A stretch of 64,000 bases of DNA, from assembly GCA_964510805.1 (NCBI GenBank), contig CAZEDG010000002.1:7653-71652 (forward strand), given 5' to 3'. Below, piece after piece: positions 26,226-36,631 of this stretch. The stretch comes from an uncultured Candidatus Saccharibacteria bacterium. GTDB taxonomy: Bacteria; Patescibacteriota; Minisyncoccia; Phycocordibacterales; UBA5272. The translations under genes and the position numbers were made by a program. The notes beneath the pieces were generated by a model. The model was given only the letters and a program-made list of their open reading frames with translations. It was not told the origin of the DNA and did no database searches. Position 1 is the first letter of the stretch, and the number at the start of each line of letters is the position of its first letter.

Positions 26226-26837
26226 CTATTCAGAAATTCCATCCAAGTTCACATCATAGAGCATCGCTTCGGTAACAAGTCGATAGTTCATGATTTCTTC
26301 AGAAGTGAACCAGAGGTCAACTTCTCTTTGGTATGCACCTTCACCGTCAGCAGGATCTGTACAGTGAATCAAGTTACGCATTCCGCGTGAGCCGTCAGTA
26401 TCACAAAGAAGATATGAGTCAATAGCATAATCACCACGAATAGTGCCAGTGTCCGCTGTTGCAGGCTCTGTGCCACCAACAAGACGCTTCACCACTGCTT
26501 GCGCGTTATTACCTTCGATAACAAGAGATACAACAGGTCCTGCACACATATAGTGCACCATAGCACGGATAATATCCTTACCGTACTCGATAGGTGCCTT
26601 ATCTACAACCATACCAAGAGACTTCTTATTCTCAGCAATTCTCTCACCTTTCTTGAGATACCAAGCATCATCCTTATTGTAATGCTTCCAAAGAGTATCT
26701 TCGTTAACCATGTGCATTTTCATTGCGACAAGCTTAAGACCGATACGCTCAAAACGCTTAACGATCTCACCAACAAGGCCTCGCTGTACCGCGTCTGGCT
26801 TAAGGATAACAAAGGTTCTTTCTTTTTTTGGATGCAT
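26226..26837 (-). CDS. ndk: Nucleoside diphosphate kinase with a C-terminal extension of about 60 aa.
   Basis: RTFVILKPDAVQRGLVGEIVKRFERIGLKLVAMK ... GTIRGDYA with the catalytic-His region. The protein is 203 aa against about 140 aa for a typical Ndk. Confidence 0.8.
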   Translation of the reverse strand: MHPKKERTFVILKPDAVQRGLVGEIVKRFERIGLKLVAMKMHMVNEDTLWKHYNKDDAWYLKKGERIAENKKSLGMVVDKAPIEYGKDIIRAMVHYMCAGPVVSLVIEGNNAQAVVKRLVGGTEPATADTGTIRGDYAIDSYLLCDTDGSRGMRNLIHCTDPADGEGAYQREVDLWFTSEEIMNYRLVTEAMLYDVNLDGISE

Positions 26838-26927
26838 AGAGTTAGTTACTAGTTAATGATTATTAGTTAATAGTTCCATACTAGCAAAAATAATAATAAT
26901 TGCAAAAAATAAGTTAAGAAACAAAAG

Positions 26928-26956
26928 CGACTTCGTAAGAAGTCGCTTTTGTATTT
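26928..26956. terminator. Bidirectional hairpin terminator.
   Basis: aaagcgacttc-gtaa-gaagtcgcttt followed by tgtatttt. Confidence 0.5.
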
Positions 26957-27106
26957 TGTTTAGAGAAATATCTTTTCTTTCTTGCTAAACGTTTAAAAGT
27001 GTTTTGAATGCGAGGCGGAGGAAATTTTTTCGACCAAAATGTACAAGTAGTACATTGCGGGAGAGAAAATTTCCTCTAACGAAGCAAGCGAAATACTTTT
27101 AGACGT

Positions 27107-27310
27107 TTAGTGTGCAACGTATGGGAGGAGCCCCATAAAGCGTGCACGCTTCACAGCGTTTGCAAGTGCACGCTGATTCTTCGCGGTAAGACCTGTCTTA
27201 CGACGATTGAGAATACGAGCATGTGGGTTCAAGAACTTCACAAGAATTTCTGTATCCTTGTAATCGATGAACTTAATGTTATTTGCATTAAAGTGATCTT
27301 GTTTTTTCAT
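27107..27310 (-). CDS. rpsR: 30S ribosomal protein S18.
   Basis: [51 protein letters not shown]. Confidence 0.9.
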   Translation of the reverse strand: MKKQDHFNANNIKFIDYKDTEILVKFLNPHARILNRRKTGLTAKNQRALANAVKRARFMGLLPYVAH

Positions 27311-27431
27311 TTTTTTAATTAAAATTTAGTAATAGTCAGTAATTGTATTAACAACTTTGATAATCAAGGTATGCGACACTCTGTATTTGTTCTGCGTTCT
27401 TCCGCGTTTAGTCCGCGGTATTCTGCGCTGT

Positions 27432-27884
27432 CTAGAATGGGATGTCGTCTAGATTCACATCAGCATCTCCATAATCAATGGTATCGAGATCAGGAACTCC
27501 TCCGCCTTTTGGCACCTCAGCTTGTGATTCAGCTGGTTGTGGAGCAGATCCTCCTGACTTAGGACCGAACTGTACAGAGTCTGCCACTATTTCTGTTCTG
27601 TACTTTTTCTCACCTGTTGTCTTGTCGTCCCATGATCTTGTCTGAATACGTCCTTCAATGAGCACTCCTTGACCTTTCTTTAAGTACTGTGCACTTGTCT
27701 CTGCTTGGCGTCCGAATACAACAATATTGTGATATTCTGCTTGCTCTTGTTTTGCACCATTTGCATCTTTATAGATACGGTTGGTTGCAAGAGAAAATGA
27801 AGTTACTTTGTTACCGTTTGGAAGAGAACGCATTTCTGGGTCTCTGGTAAGGTTACCGAAAAGAAAAGTCTTGTTAAGATACAT
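27432..27884 (-). CDS. ssb: Single-stranded DNA-binding protein.
   Basis: OB-fold MYLNKTFLFGNLTRDPEMR. Acidic tail ending in DDIPF. Confidence 0.9.
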   Translation of the reverse strand: MYLNKTFLFGNLTRDPEMRSLPNGNKVTSFSLATNRIYKDANGAKQEQAEYHNIVVFGRQAETSAQYLKKGQGVLIEGRIQTRSWDDKTTGEKKYRTEIVADSVQFGPKSGGSAPQPAESQAEVPKGGGVPDLDTIDYGDADVNLDDIPF

Positions 27885-27957
27885 ATTTTGTAGTGATTGG
27901 TGTTACTCGCTAATGGTTACTAGTGTAAACCTTATACCAAAATAATCCAAATACTTT

Positions 27958-28434
27958 TTATTTTACCGCTTCTACAGTTGATGCTTCTACAACAGGAGCA
28001 ACGTCTTCATCTGACGTAGTGTCGATGTCAACTTCATTCTCTGCAAGTGTTTCAGCTTTTACAACTGGAGCACGCTTGGTGTACACCGTGTTCTCACGAA
28101 CAGTAGATACCACAAGAAAACGAACAACTTCCTCATCGAACTTAAGAACCTTCTCAAGATCTTTGATCTTAGCTGGAGTAATTTCGAACTTAATCCATCC
28201 GAAATACCCTTCATTAAAACGAACGTTCACATTATTAACAACGCGAATCATTTCATAAGCGAGCTCACGCATATACGGAGCTTCTTCTGAAATGAAGCTA
28301 CCTCCTAGGGTAGCAATAGATTGCTTGAGTGCGTTACTCTTTTCAAGCGCCATGTCTTCACTAAGTTTATTATCAAAGATAAAAGAAACTTCATAAATAC
28401 GGCTATCTACCATGGTTTCATTACTTTCAGTCAT
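27958..28434 (-). CDS. rpsF: 30S ribosomal protein S6.
   Basis: YEVSFIFDNKLSEDMALEKSNALKQSI. It sits in the S6-SSB-S18 arrangement. Confidence 0.8.
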   Translation of the reverse strand: MTESNETMVDSRIYEVSFIFDNKLSEDMALEKSNALKQSIATLGGSFISEEAPYMRELAYEMIRVVNNVNVRFNEGYFGWIKFEITPAKIKDLEKVLKFDEEVVRFLVVSTVRENTVYTKRAPVVKAETLAENEVDIDTTSDEDVAPVVEASTVEAVK

Positions 28435-28503
28435 AGGCTACGATTATACCATAGAATGCATAAAAAGAAAAGGCCACCATGCGGTAACCTTCTTAGGCAA
28501 CAA

Positions 28504-28746
28504 TTACGTGCCCGCATCAAGCGCATGAAGCACTTGGTGATTCTGAGGATTCGCAATCACTTTACGAACCCTTAATTGTCTTGGAGACGTGAAGCTTCTT
28601 GCTTGGGTATATTCAAGGAAGAGAATCGCAAAGCATCTTTCCTTCCCCAAAGAAGCCATGTCAACATCTTCTCTCACTGGAAAAAGTTGACCATTTGCCC
28701 GGATACACCCACCTTCATTCCTTACCGACCCAACAAAGACTCTCAT
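28504..28746 (-). CDS. Hypothetical small protein.
   Basis: The ORF is 80 aa, upstream of rpsF. No motif was recognised. Confidence 0.35.
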   Translation of the reverse strand: MRVFVGSVRNEGGCIRANGQLFPVREDVDMASLGKERCFAILFLEYTQARSFTSPRQLRVRKVIANPQNHQVLHALDAGT

Positions 28747-28875
28747 ATTCCCTTTCCATTAAAAGTCCATCATCTACTCTACTCCTTGAGTACTTATTTT
28801 GCAAGCATTCAATAAACAAAAACCGGAGATGGGGCGCTTCTTCTCCGGTTTCTTTTTCCCCCTTTTTCACTCTGG

Positions 28876-29145
28876 TCACCTCTTGATCAGGTACATTGGC
28901 TGATATCGCTCGAGAATCTCATTAGTGACCGTGCGTCCTGTCTCGATCATGCGCATCAGCTTGATTCTTGGGCAATCATAGACTGCAAGAATTTCACCAT
29001 CAGAAACGACCACAAGCAGATTACGACCGACAACAATCCTGGTAAGACCAGGATCATTAGGGCGAACATGTATCTCAGCATCACGAGTCTTGATTGTCCC
29101 TGGACGATTAGACCCGACTATGACACCACAGAGAAAACTCTTCAT
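28876..29145 (-). CDS. Hypothetical small beta-rich protein.
   Basis: The ORF is 89 aa. Confidence 0.4.
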   Translation of the reverse strand: MKSFLCGVIVGSNRPGTIKTRDAEIHVRPNDPGLTRIVVGRNLLVVVSDGEILAVYDCPRIKLMRMIETGRTVTNEILERYQPMYLIKR

Positions 29146-29199
29146 GATGACCTCCTATGACGGATCAATGAACCTCCACCTTAATCATGGCACCTTATA

Positions 29200-30051
29200 C
29201 TAAAAAGTCAAATCAAATATCCTCTTTGTGTTCTCAAGAAGTTGTATACGCACCTCCTCAAAAGGTTCGTTACGAAGTACTGCGATCTTAGCAACAACTT
29301 CTTGTACATACATTGGTGAATTACGTTCACCTCTAAAAGGCGCAGGCGTTGCATAAGGACTATCTGTCTCTGCAAGAATCATCGTACTTGGAAGATATCT
29401 CACCACATCATCATAGTCCTTAGTGAAGGTGATCACTCCTGAGAAGCTCATTGTAAAACCAAGTTCTACAAACCTACGCGCAATTTCAATATTCCCAACA
29501 AAAAAATGTGCATTCCCTCGCAACTTCGTGCCGTATTCTTTTTTGAGATTTTCTAGAATATGAAGCATATCCTCGTACGCGTCCATACTCCCCTTACTTG
29601 GCCTTCCGTGAAGCATAAGCGGGAGATTGTGAGCACATGCGAATCTCACTTGTTGTTCGAAGATTTCCTGTTGTCGATCTACCTCAGCATCTTTGTTGTG
29701 GGTAAGTCCTTTTTCTGCTTTATCTCTTTCAAAAAAAGTATGAATATAGTGATAATCGAGACCGCATTCACCTATTGCAACAATTTTTTTAGAAGTATGA
29801 AAAAGCTCTTCGTAGGCATGTTCATCAAAAGACTCAGTGACATTATCAGCAGGATGCAGTCCAATTGTTGCATAGACGTGGGGGTGTTTCTCTGCAAGCG
29901 CAACTGCTTCCTTGCTATGATCAAGATCCGTGCCGACAGTGATCGTTGCAACACCGTACCCTTTCATCTCTTCTAAGACCTTATCACAATCAGAAGTGAA
30001 GGCCTTGTCGTGCATATGTGAATGGATATCAAAAAAAGCGTAGTTACTCAT
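29200..30051 (-). CDS. tatD: TatD-family metal-dependent hydrolase.
   Basis: FDIHSHMH ... AIGECGLDYHY ... HGRP fits the TatD pattern. Confidence 0.85.
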   Translation of the reverse strand: MSNYAFFDIHSHMHDKAFTSDCDKVLEEMKGYGVATITVGTDLDHSKEAVALAEKHPHVYATIGLHPADNVTESFDEHAYEELFHTSKKIVAIGECGLDYHYIHTFFERDKAEKGLTHNKDAEVDRQQEIFEQQVRFACAHNLPLMLHGRPSKGSMDAYEDMLHILENLKKEYGTKLRGNAHFFVGNIEIARRFVELGFTMSFSGVITFTKDYDDVVRYLPSTMILAETDSPYATPAPFRGERNSPMYVQEVVAKIAVLRNEPFEEVRIQLLENTKRIFDLTF

Positions 30052-30301
30052 ATAATTTACTGTGTGTACCTATGTGTGTAAATAAAATTCTATGTTCATT
30101 CTTTTCGTAGATTGCACAATAATCTCCTGTGATATTAATACTTCTAGCATTAGTATATGTTGGGTGAACAGAATGATTACGTAACAATGGATGAAAATAG
30201 TCGGAACAAAATAACAAAAATCTTTCCTCAAATTTTTTCTGAATAGACAAAGGGAGTTTAGCGAACTGTTTTTTAAAATTAGTATTAAACTCAATCTTCA
30301 T
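30044..30301 (-). CDS. Type II toxin, RelE/ParE superfamily.
   Basis: The ORF is 85 aa with the pattern KIEFNTNFKKQFAKLPLSIQKKFEERF. It lies directly downstream of a small antitoxin-like ORF. Confidence 0.55.
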   Translation of the reverse strand: MKIEFNTNFKKQFAKLPLSIQKKFEERFLLFCSDYFHPLLRNHSVHPTYTNARSINITGDYCAIYEKNEHRILFTHIGTHSKLYE

Positions 30302-30580
30302 TTATTTTGTATGAAGCCAACGCAAAGCGTCCTTTGGGTTATCAAAACCTGGTGACGTATTACGTCCTAGTTTAGCATCAAGGACAGCTTTTTTAATCTC
30401 TTGCAATGTCTTCTCATTAACTTGCTCGACAATCTCAACTTTTTTTGTACCTTCTGCAAACTCTGCTAAGGCAACATTAAGATACTGGGATAACGTAATA
30501 CCTTGCTTCTTAGCGTTTGCCATTGCGCGTGCTTTTATTTTTGGATCGGTGTTAAAAATTACTCTCGTAGTCATATGCAT
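30302..30580 (-). CDS. Antitoxin (RHH/RelB-DinJ-like) partner of the RelE-like toxin.
   Basis: The ORF is 92 aa. Its stop abuts the toxin start. TLSQYLNVALAEFAEG looks like a ribbon-helix-helix. Confidence 0.5.
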   Translation of the reverse strand: MHMTTRVIFNTDPKIKARAMANAKKQGITLSQYLNVALAEFAEGTKKVEIVEQVNEKTLQEIKKAVLDAKLGRNTSPGFDNPKDALRWLHTK

Positions 30581-30627
30581 AGTATATATATATTATATAT
30601 ATGAGTCAAGAAAGAATACTTACACTT

Positions 30628-31248
30628 CTAAACAATAATCTCTTCTAACATTTTTTCGTTAAGTGACTGTATTAAAGAAAATAACTCTGGAAATTCTTCA
30701 CCGCAAAGATTTTTGTATACCGTAAATTGTTTTTCAAAATGTTCCTTTATTTCATCTCGAGTTGTGCCAAGTGCACGAAGTGCGGCACCTTTATTATGAA
30801 TATTAGTGATACGAGTCATCGCTTTATCCAAAGTCTTCACAAAGCGTGCCTCTGGTACACTTTTACTTTCATACAAAGCAATAGTCTCTGGTAACCACGG
30901 ATATATATCTTCAAACTGAGATGTAATACGCGTCAACGACTCAGTTTCCCTCCTCTCTTTGTCTTCCCTATTTTTATCACCAAGATTAATGGAGTTTGTA
31001 TCATGGGCGTGAACCTCAACAAGATCATGAACAATAGCAAACTGCGCAACAAGTCCAATATCAAGCTTGTCGTTATAAAACTTTGAAGCAACGGCACACG
31101 CACACACTGATAGCATAACCGTATGATCAGTATCAGACTCGTATCTCACACCATCTTCATGCATGGTCACTCTATTAACACGAGCAAACTGAAGTGCCAT
31201 TTCTCCAAGTGCAAGCAACCCATCAACATGTTTTTGTTCATCACTCAT
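30628..31248 (-). CDS. HD-domain phosphohydrolase (YfbR-like 5'-deoxynucleotidase family).
   Basis: H...HD motif region ESDTDHTVMLS ... IVHDLVEVHAHD. Confidence 0.65.
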   Translation of the reverse strand: MSDEQKHVDGLLALGEMALQFARVNRVTMHEDGVRYESDTDHTVMLSVCACAVASKFYNDKLDIGLVAQFAIVHDLVEVHAHDTNSINLGDKNREDKERRETESLTRITSQFEDIYPWLPETIALYESKSVPEARFVKTLDKAMTRITNIHNKGAALRALGTTRDEIKEHFEKQFTVYKNLCGEEFPELFSLIQSLNEKMLEEIIV

Positions 31249-32723
31249 TACGGTAAACGATTAAAAATCGGTTTCTCGGGCATCTTGTTCTCACGGATAC
31301 ATTCTAGAATCTTGGAAGCCGTGCCAGGAAGAAATAGTTGTAATGAAGAAGCAATCAGATAAAGCTCATCAATAAGCTCTTTGATACTCTTTTTACCTTT
31401 TTCTTCGTCTACTTTGATTACTTTGAACGGTTCTTCTGCTTGAATCTTTTTATCGAGCATATGTACACGCGCCATAACAGTCTCTAAACTTTTTTTGACA
31501 TCAAATACTTCGAGTTCTCTGTCTTCCGCTAACACATCCTGCAAAGAACTCGCGGTAACCGACGCGGTAATCGCCATTTTCATAATACGATTAGTAAGAT
31601 TGCCAATACCATTTTGAAGATATGCTGTGTAGGACGTCTTAATAGAATCCATGGTAATATCACCATCTTCAAAAGAAGAAATGTCATGGAGTACCACAAA
31701 ACGAAGTACATCTTCTGGAAACTCTGTATATGGCGCAAAAGTTTTAATAATATCAAATGGAGAAATCACGTTACCGAGTGACTTACTCATCTTCTGTCCG
31801 CCTGAAGTAATGAACCCGTCGATGATGATATGGCGAGAATTTGGAAGACCTGATGCCATAAGCATTGCCTGCCACATTGCAGACTGCTGACGAAGATTAT
31901 CCTTACCGCAATATTGCACAGGAGTTCCTTCTTTCCAAAAATCAAAGTAAGCATCATCAGTCCCCCATCCAAGAGTTGAGATATAGCTAGTGAGTGCATC
32001 GAACCATACATACATCACATGTTCTTCATCGCCAGGTACTTCTATCCCCCATGGCATTTTTTCTTTGAGGCGTGAAATAGAAAAATCTTCAAGTCCTCGC
32101 TCTACGAATGCCTTAATCTCATTAAAACGAAAATCTGGAACAACAAAGTCTGGCGTTTTTGCATAGAACTGAAGAAGAGGTTTCTCAAAAGCTGACCATT
32201 TAAAAAAATAATTTTCTTCATCAATAAGCACAACATCTCGATTTGGATGGATAGGACACTTACCATGTTCGAGCTCGCTATCAGTCTTGTTAAGCTCACA
32301 CCCAACACAATACTTCGTTTGGTATGTTTTTTTATAAATATAACCATTATCATAACAACGCTTCCACATCTCTTTGGCAGAAAGAATATGCTTTTCGTCT
32401 GTAGTACGAATAAAATGCACATCCTTGATAGCAAGTGCTTTTGTAAGCTCTCTAAACTTAGATGCATAACCATCTACATATGCCTGAACATTAAGACCTT
32501 GCTTGACCGCGTTTTCGTAAATTTTTGCACCATGCTCATCTGTACCGGTATTAAAAAACACATCATACCCAAGAGCTCGCTTATATCGCGCGATAACGTC
32601 AGCACGAATAATTTCCATAGCAAAACCAATATGAGGGTCTGAATTCACATACGGTAGCGTTGTGGTAAGATAAAACTTTTTCTGAGTATTATGAGACATG
32701 ACCTTTTCTTTTATTAATATCAT
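31248..32723 (-). CDS. metG: Methionyl-tRNA synthetase.
   Basis: YVNSDPHIGFAMEIIRADV is the HIGH-region equivalent. KMSKSLGNVI. Zinc knuckle CVGCE. Confidence 0.9.
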   Translation of the reverse strand: MILIKEKVMSHNTQKKFYLTTTLPYVNSDPHIGFAMEIIRADVIARYKRALGYDVFFNTGTDEHGAKIYENAVKQGLNVQAYVDGYASKFRELTKALAIKDVHFIRTTDEKHILSAKEMWKRCYDNGYIYKKTYQTKYCVGCELNKTDSELEHGKCPIHPNRDVVLIDEENYFFKWSAFEKPLLQFYAKTPDFVVPDFRFNEIKAFVERGLEDFSISRLKEKMPWGIEVPGDEEHVMYVWFDALTSYISTLGWGTDDAYFDFWKEGTPVQYCGKDNLRQQSAMWQAMLMASGLPNSRHIIIDGFITSGGQKMSKSLGNVISPFDIIKTFAPYTEFPEDVLRFVVLHDISSFEDGDITMDSIKTSYTAYLQNGIGNLTNRIMKMAITASVTASSLQDVLAEDRELEVFDVKKSLETVMARVHMLDKKIQAEEPFKVIKVDEEKGKKSIKELIDELYLIASSLQLFLPGTASKILECIRENKMPEKPIFNRLP

Positions 32724-33735
32724 CTGCTAGTTCCATTAAGATAGAGGCGAGCGGAACAGCAAGAAGTACACCCCAAAGACCTGCAAACTTTCCTCCAACA
32801 ATAAGCGCAATAATAATAATCACCGAAGGAACGCCGACCATTTTGTTCATTATTTTTGGATACAAAATATTACTTTCTAACTGACCGACAACAAAATAGA
32901 CAAGTGCGACAATTCCAAGTAACGACAGACCTCCATGAGTCCATGCAAGTAAAAGTGCTGGTATCGTTGCAACAGTAAGACCGACAACAGGAACAAGCTC
33001 TCCGAAAAATGCAAGAATAGCAAGTAATGTTGCGTATGGCATATCAAGAACAAGAAGTGGAACATACACAAGAAGCGAAACAACAAGAGAAAGGATGAGC
33101 TGTCCTTGCATCCATAGTCCAATCTTTTTTTGTGCCCTAGCCCAAAGATCCGAAATATACTCTTCTTGATGACGCGCAACAATAAGCCGTAGGAATTTTT
33201 GTACACCATGCTCTTCAAGTGCTAGATAAAATGCAAGAACAAAAGTAATTACAAAATTAACAACACTACTTACAACAACCGATGTTGTTGCAAAGAAACT
33301 TCCTGATCCAAGAAAGGCAGTCTTGAGGATAGTCAGAATCTGCCCTTTAGAAATATCTCTTGAGAGGCTTTGTACATAAAGCGCCATATCCTTGAACCCC
33401 ATATCTCTACCGAAGATTCTCACCGAATCAAGCACCTTAGGGAGATTTTTTACGAAAAGTGCAATATCATCTGCAAGCGGAGGAATAAAGACAAGTACGA
33501 TGGTAGCGAGAATACTAATCAGAAGCAAAAAGATCAAAGAAACAGAAACAGCTCTTGGTATCCCTTTTTTTGCAAGAGCACTTACCGGAAGCTCAAGAGA
33601 AGATGCAAGCACTACAGACACAAGAAGCGCCACAATAAAATCACTGATGTAAAAAAGGCCTGCAAAGAGAATGAGAATAACGACAGTTCTTATAATCGTC
33701 CCTGTTGACACAGAAACAGTAATACGTTCTTTCAT
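32689..33735 (-). CDS. AI-2E family (PerM-like) transporter.
   Basis: The ORF is 348 aa with about 8 TM helices and the topology typical of the family. Confidence 0.6.
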   Translation of the reverse strand: MKERITVSVSTGTIIRTVVILILFAGLFYISDFIVALLVSVVLASSLELPVSALAKKGIPRAVSVSLIFLLLISILATIVLVFIPPLADDIALFVKNLPKVLDSVRIFGRDMGFKDMALYVQSLSRDISKGQILTILKTAFLGSGSFFATTSVVVSSVVNFVITFVLAFYLALEEHGVQKFLRLIVARHQEEYISDLWARAQKKIGLWMQGQLILSLVVSLLVYVPLLVLDMPYATLLAILAFFGELVPVVGLTVATIPALLLAWTHGGLSLLGIVALVYFVVGQLESNILYPKIMNKMVGVPSVIIIIALIVGGKFAGLWGVLLAVPLASILMELADDINKRKGHVS

Positions 33736-33947
33736 AGTCTCTTCATTCTAGCATAAATCACCGAATCGAAAAGAATGCATCTCTTGTTATACCGTTCCCA
33801 ATTAATGCTTCCGAATGAGTATCTTTCTTATTTTTTAACGAAAAACCTTGTCGGAACAGAAATCATATAAATCTATGATGATAGTGAGACAAGTGTTTTG
33901 CAATAAAAAATAAGAAAGATACCCGAAATTGTTAATTAGGAATGGTG

Positions 33948-35834
33948 TTACCTTCCCACAACCAAAGATGGGTTCTCAGGCCACATTTCTGCCTGAAGTG
34001 CAGTAGTAAGAGGAGAAAGCATAGTTCTAAGATGAGCTCTTGAAACATCTTCATCTGCATCAAGAACAATCTTAGAGGTGATCGAAGGAGATGCTCCCAC
34101 ATGACTCATAGAAGGCTTAACAGCAAGACCTATATCAACAGAAGTAACCGCTCCTTGTGGAAGTGCTCCAGGTGTCCAAGTTACCGTTCTTGTTTTTGAA
34201 TCATATGACACAGAAGGATTAGAAGTGACCCCTCGCCATGTTACATACGCAGGAAGTGTAAACGACACTCTTGAGGTGCTGATTGTATTTTGAACAGAAA
34301 GCGTAAAACGTGCTGTATACGTAGTTACTTCGTTAGGCACAGGAGGAATAGGACCACTATTTTCAAAAGAGGAATTTTTGTACTGAGTTGTGGCAATAAG
34401 TGTCACAATTCCTTGAACCCCCCACTTCTTGCTAAGTGTGCTCGCAACCGCATCAGAGCCTTTTACGGTACCACTCCCCATAAAGGTTGTCATAAGAACA
34501 GGAGAATTCTCACCTTTATCAATAATAGGAACAGTAACACGAAGTGTACCGCGAGCACCCGGTGCAAGCACAGCAAGATCAGGTATCATTGCCTTGTTCC
34601 ACGTGATTGTTTTTTTGTTCGAATCATAGTATCCATTCTCAGGATCAATTCCTTGGAACATAGGAGCATCTCCTCCTACCTTAAGCACAAGCTCAACATC
34701 TTCTAGCGCCTGACTACTTGTATTCTCATAAGAAAGAGTGATGTCTGCTCTATCGTTGTAACGAATCGCTTCGCTTCCGCCTTTTTCTGAAGTAAGTGTT
34801 GTAGTAAGCGTAATAGGAGAGGCCTTGAGTGCGACATCTTTTGTATCCTGAGCATACACAAGACCTATAGTTGTTCGGTTTTCTCCTACGGAACCAATCT
34901 TCGCGAGAAGCGTTGCCCCTTCTCCCTGCTTGCCCTCAAAAGAACCAGTAATAACAATCTTAACCTCTTCACCAGAAAGAAGTGCCTTGATTGGAAACGT
35001 GGTTGATCGTGCAATAGGCTTAGGTGAAGCATCAATAACAGAAAAACTATTAGGTAACGTAAGTGTAAGGAGACTTGGAACAGATGTGGTCGCAGAATTA
35101 TTTTTTACAACAAAAGTATAGGATGACTCTTGTCCCAAAGACATTGTCGATGGTCCATCGATATGCACTGAAACAGGTGGGGTACGGAGAATCACCTGTG
35201 AGGTGATCACTTTACTAAACACAGCATTTGATCCTGCAACTTTATACTCAAGCTTAAGTGTTACAGGTCTTGTTTCTCCTTCTGCCCCATAAAAAGAAAG
35301 TGAAAAATCTTGTTTCTTATACTCATTCGCAACTATGTTACCGAGCTCCTTTTTTTCTTGAACTTTTTCTTGTTCATCTTGAGACCCATTTCCTTCTTTG
35401 TAGAGTACGGTAACACTTACATTTTGGAGAGGTGCAGTGTTGCGATTACGAAGAGTAAAGAGAAGCGGAACTGTTTCTCCTCCTTCTACATACTGAGCAA
35501 TATCTGCCGACATATCGATATTGTTAGAAGAAACAACATTACGCATTGACACCATACGCCAAATAGAAAACGAAACTGCACAAATAAGGAAAATAAAAGA
35601 AAGCATAAGAAGCTTTCCACCAAAAGAAAAACCACTTTCTTTTTTGCTTTCGGTAAGAACAGGAGATCCGTCTCCCCATGAATTAGGGAGATTAAGGTCT
35701 CGATGTTTTTTTGCAGTATGTATCTCTATCCCCCCTACTGAAGACTTAGGGTTATAGAGTTCGTGCTCTATTGCATCAATTGCACTTCGTTCATTGTCTT
35801 GTTCACTCATGGGATCTAGTATAGCAGATGCCAA
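33948..35834 (-). CDS. Hypothetical membrane-anchored protein: N-terminal cytoplasmic region, one TM, and a large beta-rich ectodomain.
   Basis: The ORF is 628 aa with TM LLMLSFIFLICAVSFSIW. Confidence 0.55.
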   Translation of the reverse strand: MASAILDPMSEQDNERSAIDAIEHELYNPKSSVGGIEIHTAKKHRDLNLPNSWGDGSPVLTESKKESGFSFGGKLLMLSFIFLICAVSFSIWRMVSMRNVVSSNNIDMSADIAQYVEGGETVPLLFTLRNRNTAPLQNVSVTVLYKEGNGSQDEQEKVQEKKELGNIVANEYKKQDFSLSFYGAEGETRPVTLKLEYKVAGSNAVFSKVITSQVILRTPPVSVHIDGPSTMSLGQESSYTFVVKNNSATTSVPSLLTLTLPNSFSVIDASPKPIARSTTFPIKALLSGEEVKIVITGSFEGKQGEGATLLAKIGSVGENRTTIGLVYAQDTKDVALKASPITLTTTLTSEKGGSEAIRYNDRADITLSYENTSSQALEDVELVLKVGGDAPMFQGIDPENGYYDSNKKTITWNKAMIPDLAVLAPGARGTLRVTVPIIDKGENSPVLMTTFMGSGTVKGSDAVASTLSKKWGVQGIVTLIATTQYKNSSFENSGPIPPVPNEVTTYTARFTLSVQNTISTSRVSFTLPAYVTWRGVTSNPSVSYDSKTRTVTWTPGALPQGAVTSVDIGLAVKPSMSHVGASPSITSKIVLDADEDVSRAHLRTMLSPLTTALQAEMWPENPSLVVGR

Positions 35835-35911
35835 GCTTAAAGAGTGGGGTTAAATAAAAAGGCATGCTGTTTTTGAATGAAATTGTTATACTGTTTATTG
35901 TATAGAAATAC

Positions 35912-36625
35912 ATGCAAGAAAAAGAACCAGCACCAGAAAATCAACACAAACATCAAGATCTCAAAAAAATTACCATCACCTCTGCAGAAGAAGAAATTTT
36001 TACTGTAGAACCGCATGCTTACTTTTCTGCGTGTAAAAAACATGGTGTTATTTATAAAATAACGAGAAGAAGTAGGTTTAGCGAAAATGGAGGATTCACT
36101 GATTATGCACTTAGAGATACTATTGACGGGGAGGACTTTATCTTTAGGGTTGTTAAATCTTTTGGTTATGGCGCAGGTGTCTATTCTATAGATTTTATAT
36201 CTGAAAAATATAGTTATGCGCTTATGGAATTTAATCGTGAAGGAATCCATAACCTTGAAGAGGTTATTCTTTCTTTTATCCAAACGGTACTTGTGACAGA
36301 TCAAAATGTAAAAACACTAAAATTCACAGGCGCTCCAAGTAATTATTCAAAAAAAGATGTCGAAGATGCGAGAACACTGCTTATCCAAAAAGGACACCCT
36401 GCAAAAGAACTAAATTCACTTGACCCCAATGAACTTAGGGGCTTACTTTATCGTTGTGATATACAAGGTACAGAGCTTCAAAACGCAGACAACAACTATG
36501 AACAAAAAAGGCTTGATGTTTTTACCTATCGTCTTGGCAAACTTTTTTCAAAATATAAACTACCTTACTCTGTAAGAAAAGATGAGTTAACTTCTGATGT
36601 TTTTATTGAAAGAATAGATATATAA
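35912..36625 (+). CDS. Hypothetical protein.
   Basis: The ORF is 237 aa. Confidence 0.5.
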   Translation: MQEKEPAPENQHKHQDLKKITITSAEEEIFTVEPHAYFSACKKHGVIYKITRRSRFSENGGFTDYALRDTIDGEDFIFRVVKSFGYGAGVYSIDFISEKYSYALMEFNREGIHNLEEVILSFIQTVLVTDQNVKTLKFTGAPSNYSKKDVEDARTLLIQKGHPAKELNSLDPNELRGLLYRCDIQGTELQNADNNYEQKRLDVFTYRLGKLFSKYKLPYSVRKDELTSDVFIERIDI

Positions 36626-36631
36626 CTATCA

